Source of the DNA: a virus
Taxonomy: Duplodnaviria; Heunggongvirae; Uroviricota; Caudoviricetes
Length of the DNA: 41,360 bases
Direction: 5' to 3' (one strand)
IMG/VR virus record: IMGVR_UViG_2778261164_000004
Span: 1-41,360 of that record
A program made the position numbers and the translations under genes. The number at the start of each line of letters is the position of its first letter. Positions within the stretch are counted from its first letter, which is position 1. Positions 15,803-26,011 of this stretch are shown here, in pieces. Under the pieces are notes generated by a model. It worked only from the letters and a program-made list of their open reading frames with translations. It did no database searches and was not told where the DNA came from.

Positions 15803-16422
15803 GACTCGAAAGCGTAGCTAAATTTCATTCGCCAAAAAGCCCGATGATGAGTGACTCACCACGGGCCACGGCTTCTGACTCTCTTTCCGGTACTGATGTG
15901 ATGGCTGCTATGGGGATGGCGCAATCACAAGCCGGATTCGGAATGGCTGCATTCTGCGGTAAGCACGAACTCAGCCAGAACGACAAACAAAAGGCTATCA
16001 ACTATCTGATGCAATTTGCACACAAGGTATCGGGGAAATACCGTGGTGTGGCAAAGCTCGAAGGAAATACTAAGGCAAAGGTACTGCAAGTGCTCGCAAC
16101 ATTCGCTTATGCGGATTATTGCCGTAGTGCCGCGACGCCGGGCGCAAGATGCAGAGATTGTCACGGTACTGGCCGGGCCGTTGATATTGCCAAAACAGAA
16201 CGGTGGGGGAGAGTTGTTGAGAAAGAGTGCGGAAGATGCAAAGGCGTCGGCTATTCAAGGATGCCAGCAAGCGCCGCATATCGCGCTGTAACAATGCTAA
16301 TCCCAAACCTTACTCAACCCACCTGGTCACGCACTGTTAAGCCGCTGTATGACGCTCTGGTGGTGCAATGCCACAAGGAAGAGTCAATCGCAGACAATAT
16401 TTTGAATGCGGTCACACGTTAG
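15799..16422 (+). CDS. Q: Late-gene antiterminator Q (lambda-type)
   Basis: 207 aa; MRLESVAKFHSPKSPMMSDSPRATASD... matches recalled lambda Q essentially along its length; followed by a PR'-like promoter. Confidence 0.85.
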   Translation: MRLESVAKFHSPKSPMMSDSPRATASDSLSGTDVMAAMGMAQSQAGFGMAAFCGKHELSQNDKQKAINYLMQFAHKVSGKYRGVAKLEGNTKAKVLQVLATFAYADYCRSAATPGARCRDCHGTGRAVDIAKTERWGRVVEKECGRCKGVGYSRMPASAAYRAVTMLIPNLTQPTWSRTVKPLYDALVVQCHKEESIADNILNAVTR

Positions 16423-16464
16423 CAGCATGATTGCCACGGATGGCAACATATTAACGGCATAATA

Positions 16465-16493
16465 TTGACTTATTGAATAAAATTGGGTAAATT
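16465..16493 (+). promoter_or_regulatory. Late promoter PR' (-35 TTGACT, -10 TAAATT)
   Basis: TTGACT (16465-16470), 17-bp spacer, TAAATT (16488-16493), directly downstream of Q as in lambda. Confidence 0.6.
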
Positions 16494-16633
16494 TGACTCA
16501 ACGATGGGTTAATTCGCTCGTTGTGGTAGTGAGATGAAAAGAGGCGGCGCTTACTACCGATTCCGCCTAGTTGGTCACTTCGACGTATCGTCTGGAACTC
16601 CAACCATCGCAGGCAGAGAGGTCTGCAAAATGC

Positions 16634-16692
16634 AATCCCGAAACAGTTCGCAGGTAATAGTTAGAGCCTGCATAACGGTTTCGGGATTTTTT
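16634..16692 (+). terminator. tR'-like terminator (end of 6S-RNA-like late leader)
   Basis: AATCCCGAAAC ... GTTTCGGGATT inverted repeat followed by TTTT, about 190 nt downstream of PR'. Confidence 0.6.
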
Positions 16693-17098
16693 ATATCTGC
16701 ACAACAGGTAAGAGCATTGAGTCGATAATCGTGAAGAGTCGGCGAGCCTGGTTAGCCAGTGCTCTTTCCGTTGTGCTGAATTAAGCGAATACCGGAAGCA
16801 GAACCGGATCACCAAATGCGTACAGGCGTCATCGCCGCCCAGCAACAGCACAACCCAAACTGAGCCGTAGCCACTGGCTGTCCTGAATTCATTAGTGATA
16901 GTTACGCTGCGGCCTTATACACATGACCTTCGTGAAAGCGGGTGGCAGGAGATTGCGCTAACAACCTCATGCCGTTTTGCCCGTGCATATCGGTCACGAA
17001 CAAATCTGATTACTAAACACAGTAGCCTGGATTTGTTCTATCAGTAATCGACCTTATTCCTAATTAAATAGAGCAAATCCCCTTATTGGGGGTAAGAC

Positions 17099-17422
17099 AT
17101 GAAGATGCCAGAAAAACATGACCTGTTAGCCGCCATTCTCGCGGCAAAGGAACAAGGCATCGGGGCAATCCTTGCGTTTGCAATGGCGTACCTTCGCGGC
17201 AGATATAATGGCGGTGCGTTTACAAAAACAGTAATCGACGCAACGATGTGCGCCATTATCGCCTGGTTCATTCGTGACCTTCTCGACTTCGCCGGACTAA
17301 GTAGCAACCTCGCTTATATAACGAGCGTGTTCATCGGCTACATCGGTACTGACTCGATTGGTTCGCTTATCAAACGCTTCGCTGCTAAAAAAGCCGGAGT
17401 AGAAGATGGTGGAAATCAATAA
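17099..17422 (+). CDS. S: Class I holin S (dual-start S107/S105 type)
   Basis: [34 protein letters not shown]... matches recalled lambda S; Met1-Lys2-Met3 dual-start motif present. Confidence 0.9.
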   Translation: MKMPEKHDLLAAILAAKEQGIGAILAFAMAYLRGRYNGGAFTKTVIDATMCAIIAWFIRDLLDFAGLSSNLAYITSVFIGYIGTDSIGSLIKRFAAKKAGVEDGGNQ

Positions 17423-17882
17423 TCAACGTAAGGCGTTCCTCGATATGCTGGCGTGGTCAGAGGGAACTGATAACGGACGACAGAAAACCAGAAATCATGG
17501 TTATGACGTCATTGTTGGCGGAGAGCTATTCACTGATTACTCCGATCACCCTCGCAAACTTGTCACGCTAAACCCAAAACTCAAATCAACAGCAGCCGGG
17601 CGCTATCAGCTTCTTTCCCGTTGGTGGGATGCCTACCGCAAGCAGCTTGGCCTGAAAGACTTCTCTCCAAAAAGCCAGGACGCTGTGGCATTGCAGCAGA
17701 TTAAAGAGCGTGGCGCTTTACCGATGATTGATCGCGGTGATATCCGTCAGGCTATCGATCGTTGCAGCAATATCTGGGCTTCACTGCCGGGGGCTGGTTA
17801 CGGTCAGTTCGAGCATAAGGCTGACAACCTGATTGCAAAATTCAAAGAGTCTGGCGGAACGGTCAGAGAGATTGAGGTATGA
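17406..17882 (+). CDS. R: Endolysin R (lytic transglycosylase)
   Basis: 158 aa; [23 protein letters not shown]... matches recalled lambda R. Confidence 0.9.
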   Translation: MVEINNQRKAFLDMLAWSEGTDNGRQKTRNHGYDVIVGGELFTDYSDHPRKLVTLNPKLKSTAAGRYQLLSRWWDAYRKQLGLKDFSPKSQDAVALQQIKERGALPMIDRGDIRQAIDRCSNIWASLPGAGYGQFEHKADNLIAKFKESGGTVREIEV

Positions 17883-18316
17883 GCAGAGTCACCGCGATTA
17901 TCTCCGCTCTGGTTATCTGCATCATCGTCTGTCTGTCATGGGCTGTTAATCATTACCGTGATAACGCTATCGCCTACAAAGAGCAGCGCGATAAGGCCGC
18001 ATCCATCATCGCTGACATGCAGAAGCGTCAACGTGATGTAGCAGAACTCGACGCCAGATACACAAAGGAGCTTGCTGATGCTAACGCGACTATCGAAAGT
18101 CTCCGTGCTGATGTTTCTGCTGGGCGTAAGCGCCTGCAAGTCGCTGCCACCTGTGCAAAGTCAACGACCAGAGCCAGCGGCATGGGCGATGGAGAAAGCC
18201 CAAGACTTACAGCAGATGCTGAACTCAATTATTACCGTCTCCGAAGTGGAATCGACAGGATAACCGCGCAGGTTAACTACTTGCAGGAGTACATTAGGAC
18301 GCAGTGCTTAAAATAA
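17879..18316 (+). CDS. Rz: Rz inner-membrane spanin (145 aa)
   Basis: N-terminal TM segment plus coiled-coil periplasmic domain; lambda Rz-like N-terminus; follows R. Confidence 0.85.
   Translation: MSRVTAIISALVICIIVCLSWAVNHYRDNAIAYKEQRDKAASIIADMQKRQRDVAELDARYTKELADANATIESLRADVSAGRKRLQVAATCAKSTTRASGMGDGESPRLTADAELNYYRLRSGIDRITAQVNYLQEYIRTQCLK
18072..18263 (+). CDS. Rz1: Rz1 outer-membrane lipoprotein spanin, embedded in Rz in the +1 frame
   Basis: Signal peptide with lipobox LLGVSAC followed by a Pro-rich mature region, entirely within Rz. Confidence 0.75.
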   Translation: MLMLTRLSKVSVLMFLLGVSACKSLPPVQSQRPEPAAWAMEKAQDLQQMLNSIITVSEVESTG

Positions 18317-18358
18317 TTTTAATTGCACTGAAATTTAACAAGTGACTTTCAGGAAAAT

Positions 18359-18382
18359 GCCTCGCAGAAGCGGGGCTTTTTT
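18359..18382 (+). terminator. Rho-independent terminator after the lysis cassette
   Basis: GCCTCGC-AGAA-GCGGGGC (one G-U pair) followed by TTTTTT. Confidence 0.6.
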
Positions 18383-18529
18383 ATGTCCGCAGTAAACGCG
18401 CTTCACACGCGCGAGTTATGAACACAGAACCTTTCAGGATGACCCTTGAGGATGCCGGTTTGGTAATCGGTGCCTTTCTGTGGGCCGGAATCCTGTGTGA
18501 CAAGGTTCATCACTAAAAGGTAATCACCG

Positions 18530-19060
18530 ATGAAGCACCAAATAGTTATTGTCAATGGTGTGTCCGTTCGTGTTGATGAGGATGGACGCTACAACTTAAA
18601 CGATCTCCATGCAGCAGCAGTTGCAAATGGAGAGGCTACAGAGCAACAGCGCCCAAGCCAGTTTTTGCGTAGCGCGCAGATAAAACGCTTCATAAAAGCA
18701 CTGGAGGCCAAAGTGCAAAAAAGCACTTTGGAACAAATTCAACCACTTAAAATAATCAAAGGTGGTGCAGAACCAGGTGTGTGGGGTGTTGAACTTCTGG
18801 CAATCAGATATGCAGCATGGATTAAGCCGGAATTTGAAATCGAAGTTTATGAAGTTTTCAAAACGGTCGTCCGTCTCGGCGTTGGCGCAATGTCCCGTCT
18901 GAATAGAATCGATCACATCATCAATACTGAAACCAAAGCGATAAGCCAGTGCGCAAGCCAAATGGCTAAGTGGGGCGTTGGTGGGCGAAAAAGATTGCTT
19001 CATGTTGCACGTGAGAGAGCGGCAAATGAAGTGCAAATGTATTTGCCCGGAATGGTGTGA
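18530..19060 (+). CDS. KilA-N domain protein (176 aa)
   Basis: N-terminal region with pattern typical of KilA-N/APSES DNA-binding domains (recalled); located between lysis and packaging genes. Confidence 0.6.
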   Translation: MKHQIVIVNGVSVRVDEDGRYNLNDLHAAAVANGEATEQQRPSQFLRSAQIKRFIKALEAKVQKSTLEQIQPLKIIKGGAEPGVWGVELLAIRYAAWIKPEFEIEVYEVFKTVVRLGVGAMSRLNRIDHIINTETKAISQCASQMAKWGVGGRKRLLHVARERAANEVQMYLPGMV

Positions 19061-19316
19061 TTTCGCAGGTTAATCCAGTTTTTGCATTACGGCAGTACCA
19101 CGAAGCAACCCAAGCCAGTAAGTGGGGAAATAACACTGGCAGCCACTGAAAGATGAACCTCCAGCCTTATGGCAAAAAAGATTCTTTGTGGTGGCGGACT
19201 GATGGAAAGACATCGGTTATTGCAGAGGCCATTCAATGAATGGTCTCGACAATGGTTTATACCCTGCACGGGATAACTTAACTGATATCCCTTTTAACGG
19301 ATAAACGGAGCCAACA

Positions 19317-19559
19317 ATGGCAGAGATTATTCCCATGACTGAAGAACAGAAATTCCAGTTAGAGATTTACAAACTGGTCATGAACCAGAACGCAGCCGCA
19401 GAAGAAGCATTTCAGTTCATTGGCACTGACGAGCTGAAGCTTGAGCTATTCAAAATTCACTTCCAGTCAGGTGGCGCTAATTCAGATATCACGATCCGCA
19501 CATTTGAAGCGGTGCGTAAATCGAAGGAAGCGTTAGACCTGTTCACTACCGGAGCATAA
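19317..19559 (+). CDS. Hypothetical protein (80 aa) upstream of terminase
   Basis: ORF with GGAG RBS (AACGGAGCCAACAATG). Confidence 0.45.
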   Translation: MAEIIPMTEEQKFQLEIYKLVMNQNAAAEEAFQFIGTDELKLELFKIHFQSGGANSDITIRTFEAVRKSKEALDLFTTGA

Positions 19560-19638
19560 ACATGGCAACTCAAGGTTTCGACAACCCATCCAAATTCCGC
19601 GATGAATGGGATAAGCAAGCAGAAGGGAAATAATCAAT

Positions 19639-20064
19639 ATGGCGACTGAGAAAAAGAATGTCGGTCGCCCTTCGGATTACCTGCCGGAGGTGGCTGATGA
19701 TATCTGTGCGCTGCTTGCCTCCGGGGAAAGTCTGGTTAAGGTTTGCAAGCGCCCCGGCATGCCAGCAAAGGCTACTGTATTTCGCTGGCTGTCAGAGCAT
19801 GACGAATTTAGAGACAAGTACGCGAAGGCAACTGAGGCACGAGCTGATTCTATTTTCGAAGAGATATTCGAAATTGCTGACAATGCGATTCCAGATGCTG
19901 CTGAGGTGGCAAAGGCAAGACTTCGCGTTGATACCCGCAAATGGGCGCTGTCCCGAATGAATCCCCGTAAGTATGGCGACAAGGTAACTAATGAGCTTGT
20001 CGGCAAAGACGGCGGCGCAATCCAGATTGAAACATCACCGATGAGCACTCTATTCGGAAAATGA
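19639..20064 (+). CDS. Terminase small subunit (Sf6/P22-group type)
   Basis: 141 aa directly upstream of and overlapping the large terminase; sequence resembles my recollection of Sf6 gp1. Confidence 0.75.
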   Translation: MATEKKNVGRPSDYLPEVADDICALLASGESLVKVCKRPGMPAKATVFRWLSEHDEFRDKYAKATEARADSIFEEIFEIADNAIPDAAEVAKARLRVDTRKWALSRMNPRKYGDKVTNELVGKDGGAIQIETSPMSTLFGK

Positions 20065-21473
20065 CCTCGATTAATCCTATCTTTGAACCGTTCATTGAGG
20101 CGCATCGCTACAAAGTCGCCAAAGGCGGTCGAGGTAGCGGTAAGTCATGGGCAATTGCGAGGCTGCTTGTTGAAGCGGCGCGTCGCCAGCCAGTGCGTAT
20201 TCTCTGCGCTCGTGAACTGCAAAACAGTATCAGCGATTCGGTAATCCGGTTGCTTGAAGACACTATCGAGCGTGAAGGGTATTCGGCTGAGTTTGAAATT
20301 CAGCGTTCAATGATTCGTCATCTCGGAACGAATGCTGAATTCATGTTCTACGGCATAAAAAACAACCCGACGAAGATTAAATCGCTCGAAGGCATTGATA
20401 TCTGCTGGGTGGAAGAAGCGGAAGCGGTAACAAAGGAATCGTGGGATATCCTGATCCCAACCATCCGTAAGCCGTTCTCTGAAATATGGGTGAGCTTTAA
20501 CCCGAAGAACATCCTCGACGATACCTATCAGCGATTCGTAGTAAACCCTCCCGATGATATTTGTCTGCTGACGGTGAACTACACCGACAACCCGCACTTT
20601 CCTGAAGTTCTCCGTCTGGAGATGGAAGAGTGTAAACGCAGAAATCCGACACTGTATCGTCACATCTGGCTTGGTGAGCCAGTAAGCGCAAGTGATATGG
20701 CAATCATCAAACGTGAATGGCTTGAAGCTGCAACCGATGCGCACAAGAAACTCGGATGGAAGGCGAAAGGCGCTGTTGTCTCTGCGCATGACCCGTCAGA
20801 TACAGGACCGGATGCTAAAGGTTATGCATCGCGCCACGGTTCGGTAGTTAAGCGCATTGCCGAAGGCCTGCTGATGGACATCAATGAAGGTGCTGACTGG
20901 GCTACTTCGCTGGCTATTGAAGACGGCGCAGACCACTACCTGTGGGATGGTGATGGTGTTGGTGCAGGTCTACGCAGACAGACAACGGAAGCGTTCTCAG
21001 GTAAGAAAATCACCGCCACGATGTTCAAGGGTAGCGAATCGCCATTCGATGAAGATGCGCCTTATCAGGCCGGAGCATGGGCTGATGAAGTCGTGCAGGG
21101 CGACAACGTTCGCACTATTGGCGATGTATTCCGCAATAAGCGAGCGCAATTCTATTACGCGCTGGCTGACAGGCTGTATCTGACATATCGGGCGGTTGTC
21201 CACGGTGAGTATGCAGACCCCGACGACATGCTGAGTTTCGACAAAGAAGCGATAGGCGAGAAGATGCTGGAGAAGCTGTTTGCAGAACTGACGCAGATTC
21301 AGCGCAAATTCAATAATAACGGGAAGCTGGAGCTTATGACTAAGGTCGAAATGAAGCAGAAGCTCGGTATTCCATCACCTAACCTGGCTGATGCGCTGAT
21401 GATGTGTATGCATTGCCCGGCATTGGTCCGCGAAGAAACAGAAATATACGTTCCCTCATCCTCCGGTTGGTAA
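20061..21473 (+). CDS. Terminase large subunit (ATPase + nuclease)
   Basis: 470 aa; Walker A KGGRGSGKS near N-terminus; acidic nuclease-domain motifs; ATGA-coupled to the small subunit. Confidence 0.9.
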   Translation: MTSINPIFEPFIEAHRYKVAKGGRGSGKSWAIARLLVEAARRQPVRILCARELQNSISDSVIRLLEDTIEREGYSAEFEIQRSMIRHLGTNAEFMFYGIKNNPTKIKSLEGIDICWVEEAEAVTKESWDILIPTIRKPFSEIWVSFNPKNILDDTYQRFVVNPPDDICLLTVNYTDNPHFPEVLRLEMEECKRRNPTLYRHIWLGEPVSASDMAIIKREWLEAATDAHKKLGWKAKGAVVSAHDPSDTGPDAKGYASRHGSVVKRIAEGLLMDINEGADWATSLAIEDGADHYLWDGDGVGAGLRRQTTEAFSGKKITATMFKGSESPFDEDAPYQAGAWADEVVQGDNVRTIGDVFRNKRAQFYYALADRLYLTYRAVVHGEYADPDDMLSFDKEAIGEKMLEKLFAELTQIQRKFNNNGKLELMTKVEMKQKLGIPSPNLADALMMCMHCPALVREETEIYVPSSSGW

Positions 21474-21475
21474 AC

Positions 21476-23602
21476 ATGGCAGAGACATTAGAGAAAAAAC
21501 ATGAGCGGATCATGCTCAGGTTTGACCGCGCCTATTCTCCACAGCAGGAAGTGCGCGAAAAGTGCATTGAAGCTACGAGGTTTGCTCGTGTTCCCGGAGG
21601 TCAATGGGAAGGAGCAACGGCGGCTGGAACTAAGCTTGATGAGCAGTTCGAGAAGTATCCTAAGTTTGAAATCAATAAGGTAGCAACTGAACTTAACCGC
21701 ATCATTGCAGAATACCGCAATAACAGAATCACTGTTAAGTTTCGTCCTGGTGACAGAGAGGCAAGCGAAGAGTTAGCCAATAAATTAAATGGTCTGTTCC
21801 GTGCTGACTACGAAGAAACTGATGGCGGTGAGGCTTGCGATAATGCATTTGACGACGCTGCTACTGGTGGTTTCGGTTGCTTCCGTTTGACGTCGATGCT
21901 GGTCAATGAATACGACCCCATGGACGATCGTCAGCGTATTGCTATTGAACCAATATACGACCCGTCGCGCTCTGTGTGGTTTGACCCTGACGCTAAGAAG
22001 TACGACAAATCTGACGCGTTGTGGGCGTTCTGCATGTATTCGTTGTCACCTGAAAAATATGAGGCTGAATACGGAAAGAAACCTCCTGCTTCTCTGGATG
22101 TAACGTCTATGACCAGTTGGGAATATGACTGGTTTGATGCAGATGTTATTTACATAGCGAAGTATTACGAAGTTCGTAAAGAGTCTGTTGACGTCATCAG
22201 TTATCGACATCCAATCACTGGAGAGATTGCAACATACGACAGTGATCAGGTTGAAGATATTGAAGATGAACTGGCAATAGCTGGATTTCATGAAGTGGCA
22301 AGGCGCTCAGTGAAGCGCCGTCGTGTGTATGTATCCGTAGTGGATGGTGATGGTTTCCTTGAGAAACCTCGACGTATTCCTGGTGAACATATCCCCCTCA
22401 TCCCGGTTTATGGAAAACGCTGGTTCATTGATGACATTGAGCGTGTCGAAGGGCACATTGCAAAAGCAATGGATCCACAGCGTTTGTACAACCTTCAGGT
22501 TTCAATGCTGGCTGATACTGCAGCGCAAGACCCCGGTCAGATCCCTATAGTTGGCATGGAGCAAATTCGTGGACTTGAGAAGCACTGGGAGGCTCGCAAC
22601 AAGAAACGCCCAGCGTTCTTGCCGTTGCGCGAAGTGAGAGATAAATCTGGCAACATTATCGCTGGAGCTACCCCGGCAGGATATACACAGCCTGCGGTTA
22701 TGAATCAGGCATTGGCTGCATTACTACAGCAAACCAGTGCAGATATTCAGGAGGTTACAGGCGGCAGTCAGGCTATGCAGCAGATGCCAAGTAATATTGC
22801 TCAGGAAACGGTTAACAACTTGATGAACAGAGCAGATATGGCTTCGTTTATCTATCTGGACAATATGGCGAAAAGTCTTAAACGCGCTGGTGAAGTATGG
22901 CTGTCAATGGCGCGTGAAGTGTACGGTTCAGAGCGTGAAGTGCGCATCGTTAACGAAGATGGAAGTGATGATATCGCTGTCCTGAGCGCACAGGTTGTTG
23001 ACAGGCAAACAGGGGCTGTTGTTGCGTTAAATGACCTTTCTGTCGGTCGATACGATGTGACGGTTGATGTTGGACCAAGCTACACAGCACGACGTGATGC
23101 AACGGTTTCTGTACTGACAAATGTCCTTAGCTCTATGCTTCCAACAGACCCAATGCGTCCGGCAATTCAGGGTATTATTCTTGACAATATCGATGGCGAA
23201 GGCCTTGATGACTTCAAAGAGTACAACCGAAACCAACTGCTGATATCTGGTATTGCAAAACCACGCAATGAGAAAGAGCAGCAGATTGTTCAACAGGCGC
23301 AAATGGCAGCACAAAGCCAGCCAAATCCTGAAATGGTTCTCGCTCAGGCGCAAATGGTAGCAGCGCAGGCAGAAGCGCAAAAAGCAACTAACGAAACTGC
23401 TCAAACTCAAATCAAAGCATTTACTGCCCAGCAGGATGCGATGGAGAGTCAGGCAAACACTGTCTATAAACTGGCTCAAGCCAGAAACATCGATGACAAA
23501 GCAGTGATGGAGGCAATACGCCTTCTGAAAGATGTCGCCGAGTCACAACAACAGCAATTCCAGTCACCACCACAGTCACCGGCAGACTTAATGCCGAGTT
23601 AA
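21476..23602 (+). CDS. Portal protein (P22 gp1-like, about 708 aa)
   Basis: Follows terminase; conserved blocks (e.g. KRRRVY, GEHIPLIPV) and C-terminal Gln-rich helical barrel as in P22 portal; start set at MAETLEKK rather than the in-frame upstream extension. Confidence 0.85.
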   Translation: MAETLEKKHERIMLRFDRAYSPQQEVREKCIEATRFARVPGGQWEGATAAGTKLDEQFEKYPKFEINKVATELNRIIAEYRNNRITVKFRPGDREASEELANKLNGLFRADYEETDGGEACDNAFDDAATGGFGCFRLTSMLVNEYDPMDDRQRIAIEPIYDPSRSVWFDPDAKKYDKSDALWAFCMYSLSPEKYEAEYGKKPPASLDVTSMTSWEYDWFDADVIYIAKYYEVRKESVDVISYRHPITGEIATYDSDQVEDIEDELAIAGFHEVARRSVKRRRVYVSVVDGDGFLEKPRRIPGEHIPLIPVYGKRWFIDDIERVEGHIAKAMDPQRLYNLQVSMLADTAAQDPGQIPIVGMEQIRGLEKHWEARNKKRPAFLPLREVRDKSGNIIAGATPAGYTQPAVMNQALAALLQQTSADIQEVTGGSQAMQQMPSNIAQETVNNLMNRADMASFIYLDNMAKSLKRAGEVWLSMAREVYGSEREVRIVNEDGSDDIAVLSAQVVDRQTGAVVALNDLSVGRYDVTVDVGPSYTARRDATVSVLTNVLSSMLPTDPMRPAIQGIILDNIDGEGLDDFKEYNRNQLLISGIAKPRNEKEQQIVQQAQMAAQSQPNPEMVLAQAQMVAAQAEAQKATNETAQTQIKAFTAQQDAMESQANTVYKLAQARNIDDKAVMEAIRLLKDVAESQQQQFQSPPQSPADLMPS

Positions 23603-23615
23603 CCAGGAGTAATCA

Positions 23616-24500
23616 ATGGAAAACGAACTGATCATCGACGGTCAGGTTATTGACCTGTCTGAAACACAGGAAAATGCAGAAGAAACCATCATCCAAACAG
23701 AGTCACAGCCTGAGAATGAAAGCCAGGATGACAACGGTAAAGAGGTGGCAACTGAGCCTGAAAAAACCGAAGAGACACCAGAAGATTACGCCTTGCGTAT
23801 TGGTGATGAAGAAATTCAGCTTAACGCTGACGATGATGATCACATTGACGGGCAACCTGCACCGCAATGGGTGAAAGATCTTCGCAAAGGCTTCAAAGAA
23901 ACACAGAAAGAAAACCGTGAGTTGCGCCGCCAGCTTGAGGAAGCATTAGCCAAGCCAGCGGAACATCAGCAACCACAACCAGACGCTATTCCACCAAAAC
24001 CGACTCTAGAGTCGTGTGATTATGACGAACAGGCGTTTGAACAGGCATTGACTGATTGGCATGAGAAAAAAGGCCGTGTCGAACAGCAGCAGCAACAAAA
24101 ACTACGTCAGCAACAGGAATACCAGCAGCGTTTCCAGCAAAGGGTAGAAGCGCATAAACAACGGGCAGCCAAACTTCCTGTGAAAGATTATCAGGAAATG
24201 GAAGCCATTGTTCTTAGTGAGCTACCACCAATTCAGCAGGAAATCATCATTCACTGTGCAGACGAAGGCTCTGAACTACTCGCCTATGGCTTAGGTAAGA
24301 GCCAGCAATTACGCCAGCGTGTAGCCGCTGAGACAGATCCAATTCGCGCAGCATTCCTCTTGGGGCAGATTAGCAAACAGGTAAGCCTTGCTCCAAAACC
24401 AAAGAAAGCCATCAAGCCAGAGCCGGAAGTACGTGGTGGCGGTGCTGATGCGAAACAAGACGAATTCAACAAATTATGCCCCGGCGCAAAAATCGAATAA
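23616..24500 (+). CDS. Scaffolding protein
   Basis: Acidic, highly helical, Gln/Glu-rich 294-aa protein between portal and coat. Confidence 0.7.
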   Translation: MENELIIDGQVIDLSETQENAEETIIQTESQPENESQDDNGKEVATEPEKTEETPEDYALRIGDEEIQLNADDDDHIDGQPAPQWVKDLRKGFKETQKENRELRRQLEEALAKPAEHQQPQPDAIPPKPTLESCDYDEQAFEQALTDWHEKKGRVEQQQQQKLRQQQEYQQRFQQRVEAHKQRAAKLPVKDYQEMEAIVLSELPPIQQEIIIHCADEGSELLAYGLGKSQQLRQRVAAETDPIRAAFLLGQISKQVSLAPKPKKAIKPEPEVRGGGADAKQDEFNKLCPGAKIE

Positions 24501-24511
24501 GGAAAAGATAA

Positions 24512-25783
24512 ATGCCTAACAATCTCGACAGTAACGTCAGTCAAATCGTTCTGAAAAAATTCCTTCCGGGTTTTATGTCAGATTTAGTTCTGGCGAAAAC
24601 CGTAGACCGTCAGTTGCTGGCAGGTGAAATCAACTCCAGCACTGGCGATAGCGTTAGCTTTAAACGTCCGCATCAATTCTCATCCCTCCGTACTCCCACT
24701 GGTGATATTTCAGGGCAAAATAAAAACAACCTGATCTCAGGTAAAGCTACGGGGAGTGTAGGTAACTACATCACTGTTGCTGTTGAATATCAGCAACTGG
24801 AGGAAGCGATCAAGCTTAACCAGCTGGAAGAAATTCTCGCGCCTGTTCGCCAGCGAATCGTTACCGACCTTGAAACAGAGCTTGCTCACTTCATGATGAA
24901 TAACGGTGCGTTGTCACTTGGTAGCCCCAATACTCCAATCACCAAATGGTCTGATGTTGCGCAGACGGCATCTTTCCTGAAAGACCTCGGCGTTAATGAA
25001 GGTGAAAACTATGCTGTAATGGATCCATGGTCTGCACAGCGACTTGCTGATGCGCAGACTGGTTTGCATGCTTCAGATCAATTGGTTCGTACTGCATGGG
25101 AGAACGCACAGATCCCAACCAATTTTGGCGGCATTCGCGCACTGATGTCTAATGGGCTTGCCTCTCGTACGCAGGGGGCATTTGGCGGAACACTGACAGT
25201 CAAAACACAGCCGACTGTTACCTATAACGCAGTTAAAGACTCATACCAGTTCACTGTAACATTGACCGGAGCGACAGCCAGCGTTACAGGTTTTCTGAAA
25301 GCTGGTGATCAGGTCAAATTCACCAATACCTACTGGCTGCAACAGCGGACCAAACAGGCGTTGTATAACGGAGCCACACCAATTAGCTTCACTGCAACGG
25401 TTACTGCTGATGCTAATTCAGACAGCAGTGGCGATGTGACGGTTACGCTTTCTGGTGTTCCGATTTATGACACTACAAACCCGCAGTACAACTCTGTAAG
25501 TCGTCAGGTAGAGGCAGGCGATGCCGTATCTGTAGTTGGCACTGCTAGCCAGACAATGAAGCCAAACCTGTTCTATAACAAGTTCTTCTGTGGACTTGGC
25601 TCTATCCCACTGCCGAAACTGCACAGTATTGATTCTGCTGTTGCAACATATGAAGGTTTCTCCATCCGCGTACATAAATACGCAGATGGCGATGCCAACG
25701 TGCAAAAAATGCGCTTCGACTTACTGCCTGCATATGTGTGCTTTAACCCTCACATGGGCGGTCAGTTCTTCGGTAATCCGTAA
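24512..25783 (+). CDS. Major capsid (coat) protein
   Basis: 423-aa ORF after scaffold and before a strong terminator; size and position match coat of P22-like phages. Confidence 0.7.
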   Translation: MPNNLDSNVSQIVLKKFLPGFMSDLVLAKTVDRQLLAGEINSSTGDSVSFKRPHQFSSLRTPTGDISGQNKNNLISGKATGSVGNYITVAVEYQQLEEAIKLNQLEEILAPVRQRIVTDLETELAHFMMNNGALSLGSPNTPITKWSDVAQTASFLKDLGVNEGENYAVMDPWSAQRLADAQTGLHASDQLVRTAWENAQIPTNFGGIRALMSNGLASRTQGAFGGTLTVKTQPTVTYNAVKDSYQFTVTLTGATASVTGFLKAGDQVKFTNTYWLQQRTKQALYNGATPISFTATVTADANSDSSGDVTVTLSGVPIYDTTNPQYNSVSRQVEAGDAVSVVGTASQTMKPNLFYNKFFCGLGSIPLPKLHSIDSAVATYEGFSIRVHKYADGDANVQKMRFDLLPAYVCFNPHMGGQFFGNP

Positions 25784-25787
25784 TAAC

Positions 25788-25812
25788 AAGGGGCTTACGC
25801 CCCTTTTATGTT
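25788..25812 (+). terminator. Rho-independent terminator after coat gene
   Basis: AAGGGGC-TTAC-GCCCCTT followed by TTATGTTTT. Confidence 0.65.
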
Positions 25813-25825
25813 TTAAGGAAACAAT

Positions 25826-26011
25826 ATGGATCGGATGAGTGTATTCCTTGCCGCAGATAACGAATCCGGGCATGTACAGGCCGTTATCACAGAAAAAGAC
25901 TTCCGTTTTTTCGAAAGGTTGGGCTTTGTTGCCTCAGTTGATGAATTGAAACCGACCAGTAAGCGAGGTCGTAAGGCGGCGGACAATGGCAACAGTACTG
26001 ACAAAGGGTGA
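25826..26011 (+). CDS. Small hypothetical protein (61 aa)
   Basis: AAGGAA RBS; overlaps start of the next gene; coding status uncertain. Confidence 0.35.
   Translation: MDRMSVFLAADNESGHVQAVITEKDFRFFERLGFVASVDELKPTSKRGRKAADNGNSTDKG

Noticed and set aside
16534-17307. ORFs 16534-16728 (+), 16567-16851 (-), 17083-17307 (-)
   Set aside because: Located in the PR'-tR' late leader and the non-coding stretch before S (as in lambda) or antisense to S; no RBS.
19087-19269. 60-aa minus-strand ORF between the KilA-N gene and the 80-aa gene
   Set aside because: Opposite to the direction of the late operon, no RBS, Cys/Leu-rich; likely non-coding spacer upstream of the packaging genes.
20307-21203. Minus-strand ORFs 20307-20789, 20497-20703, 20997-21203 and plus-strand 20884-21183
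   Set aside because: All nested in or antisense to the large-terminase gene, which has a Walker A motif and full length.
21404-21475. Upstream in-frame extension of the portal ORF
   Set aside because: Would overlap the large-terminase 3' end by 70 nt; the MAETLEKK start directly follows the terminase stop and matches the expected portal N-terminus.
23027-23479. 150-aa minus-strand ORF
   Set aside because: Antisense within the portal gene; Cys/Leu-rich low-complexity translation typical of a reverse-frame artefact.
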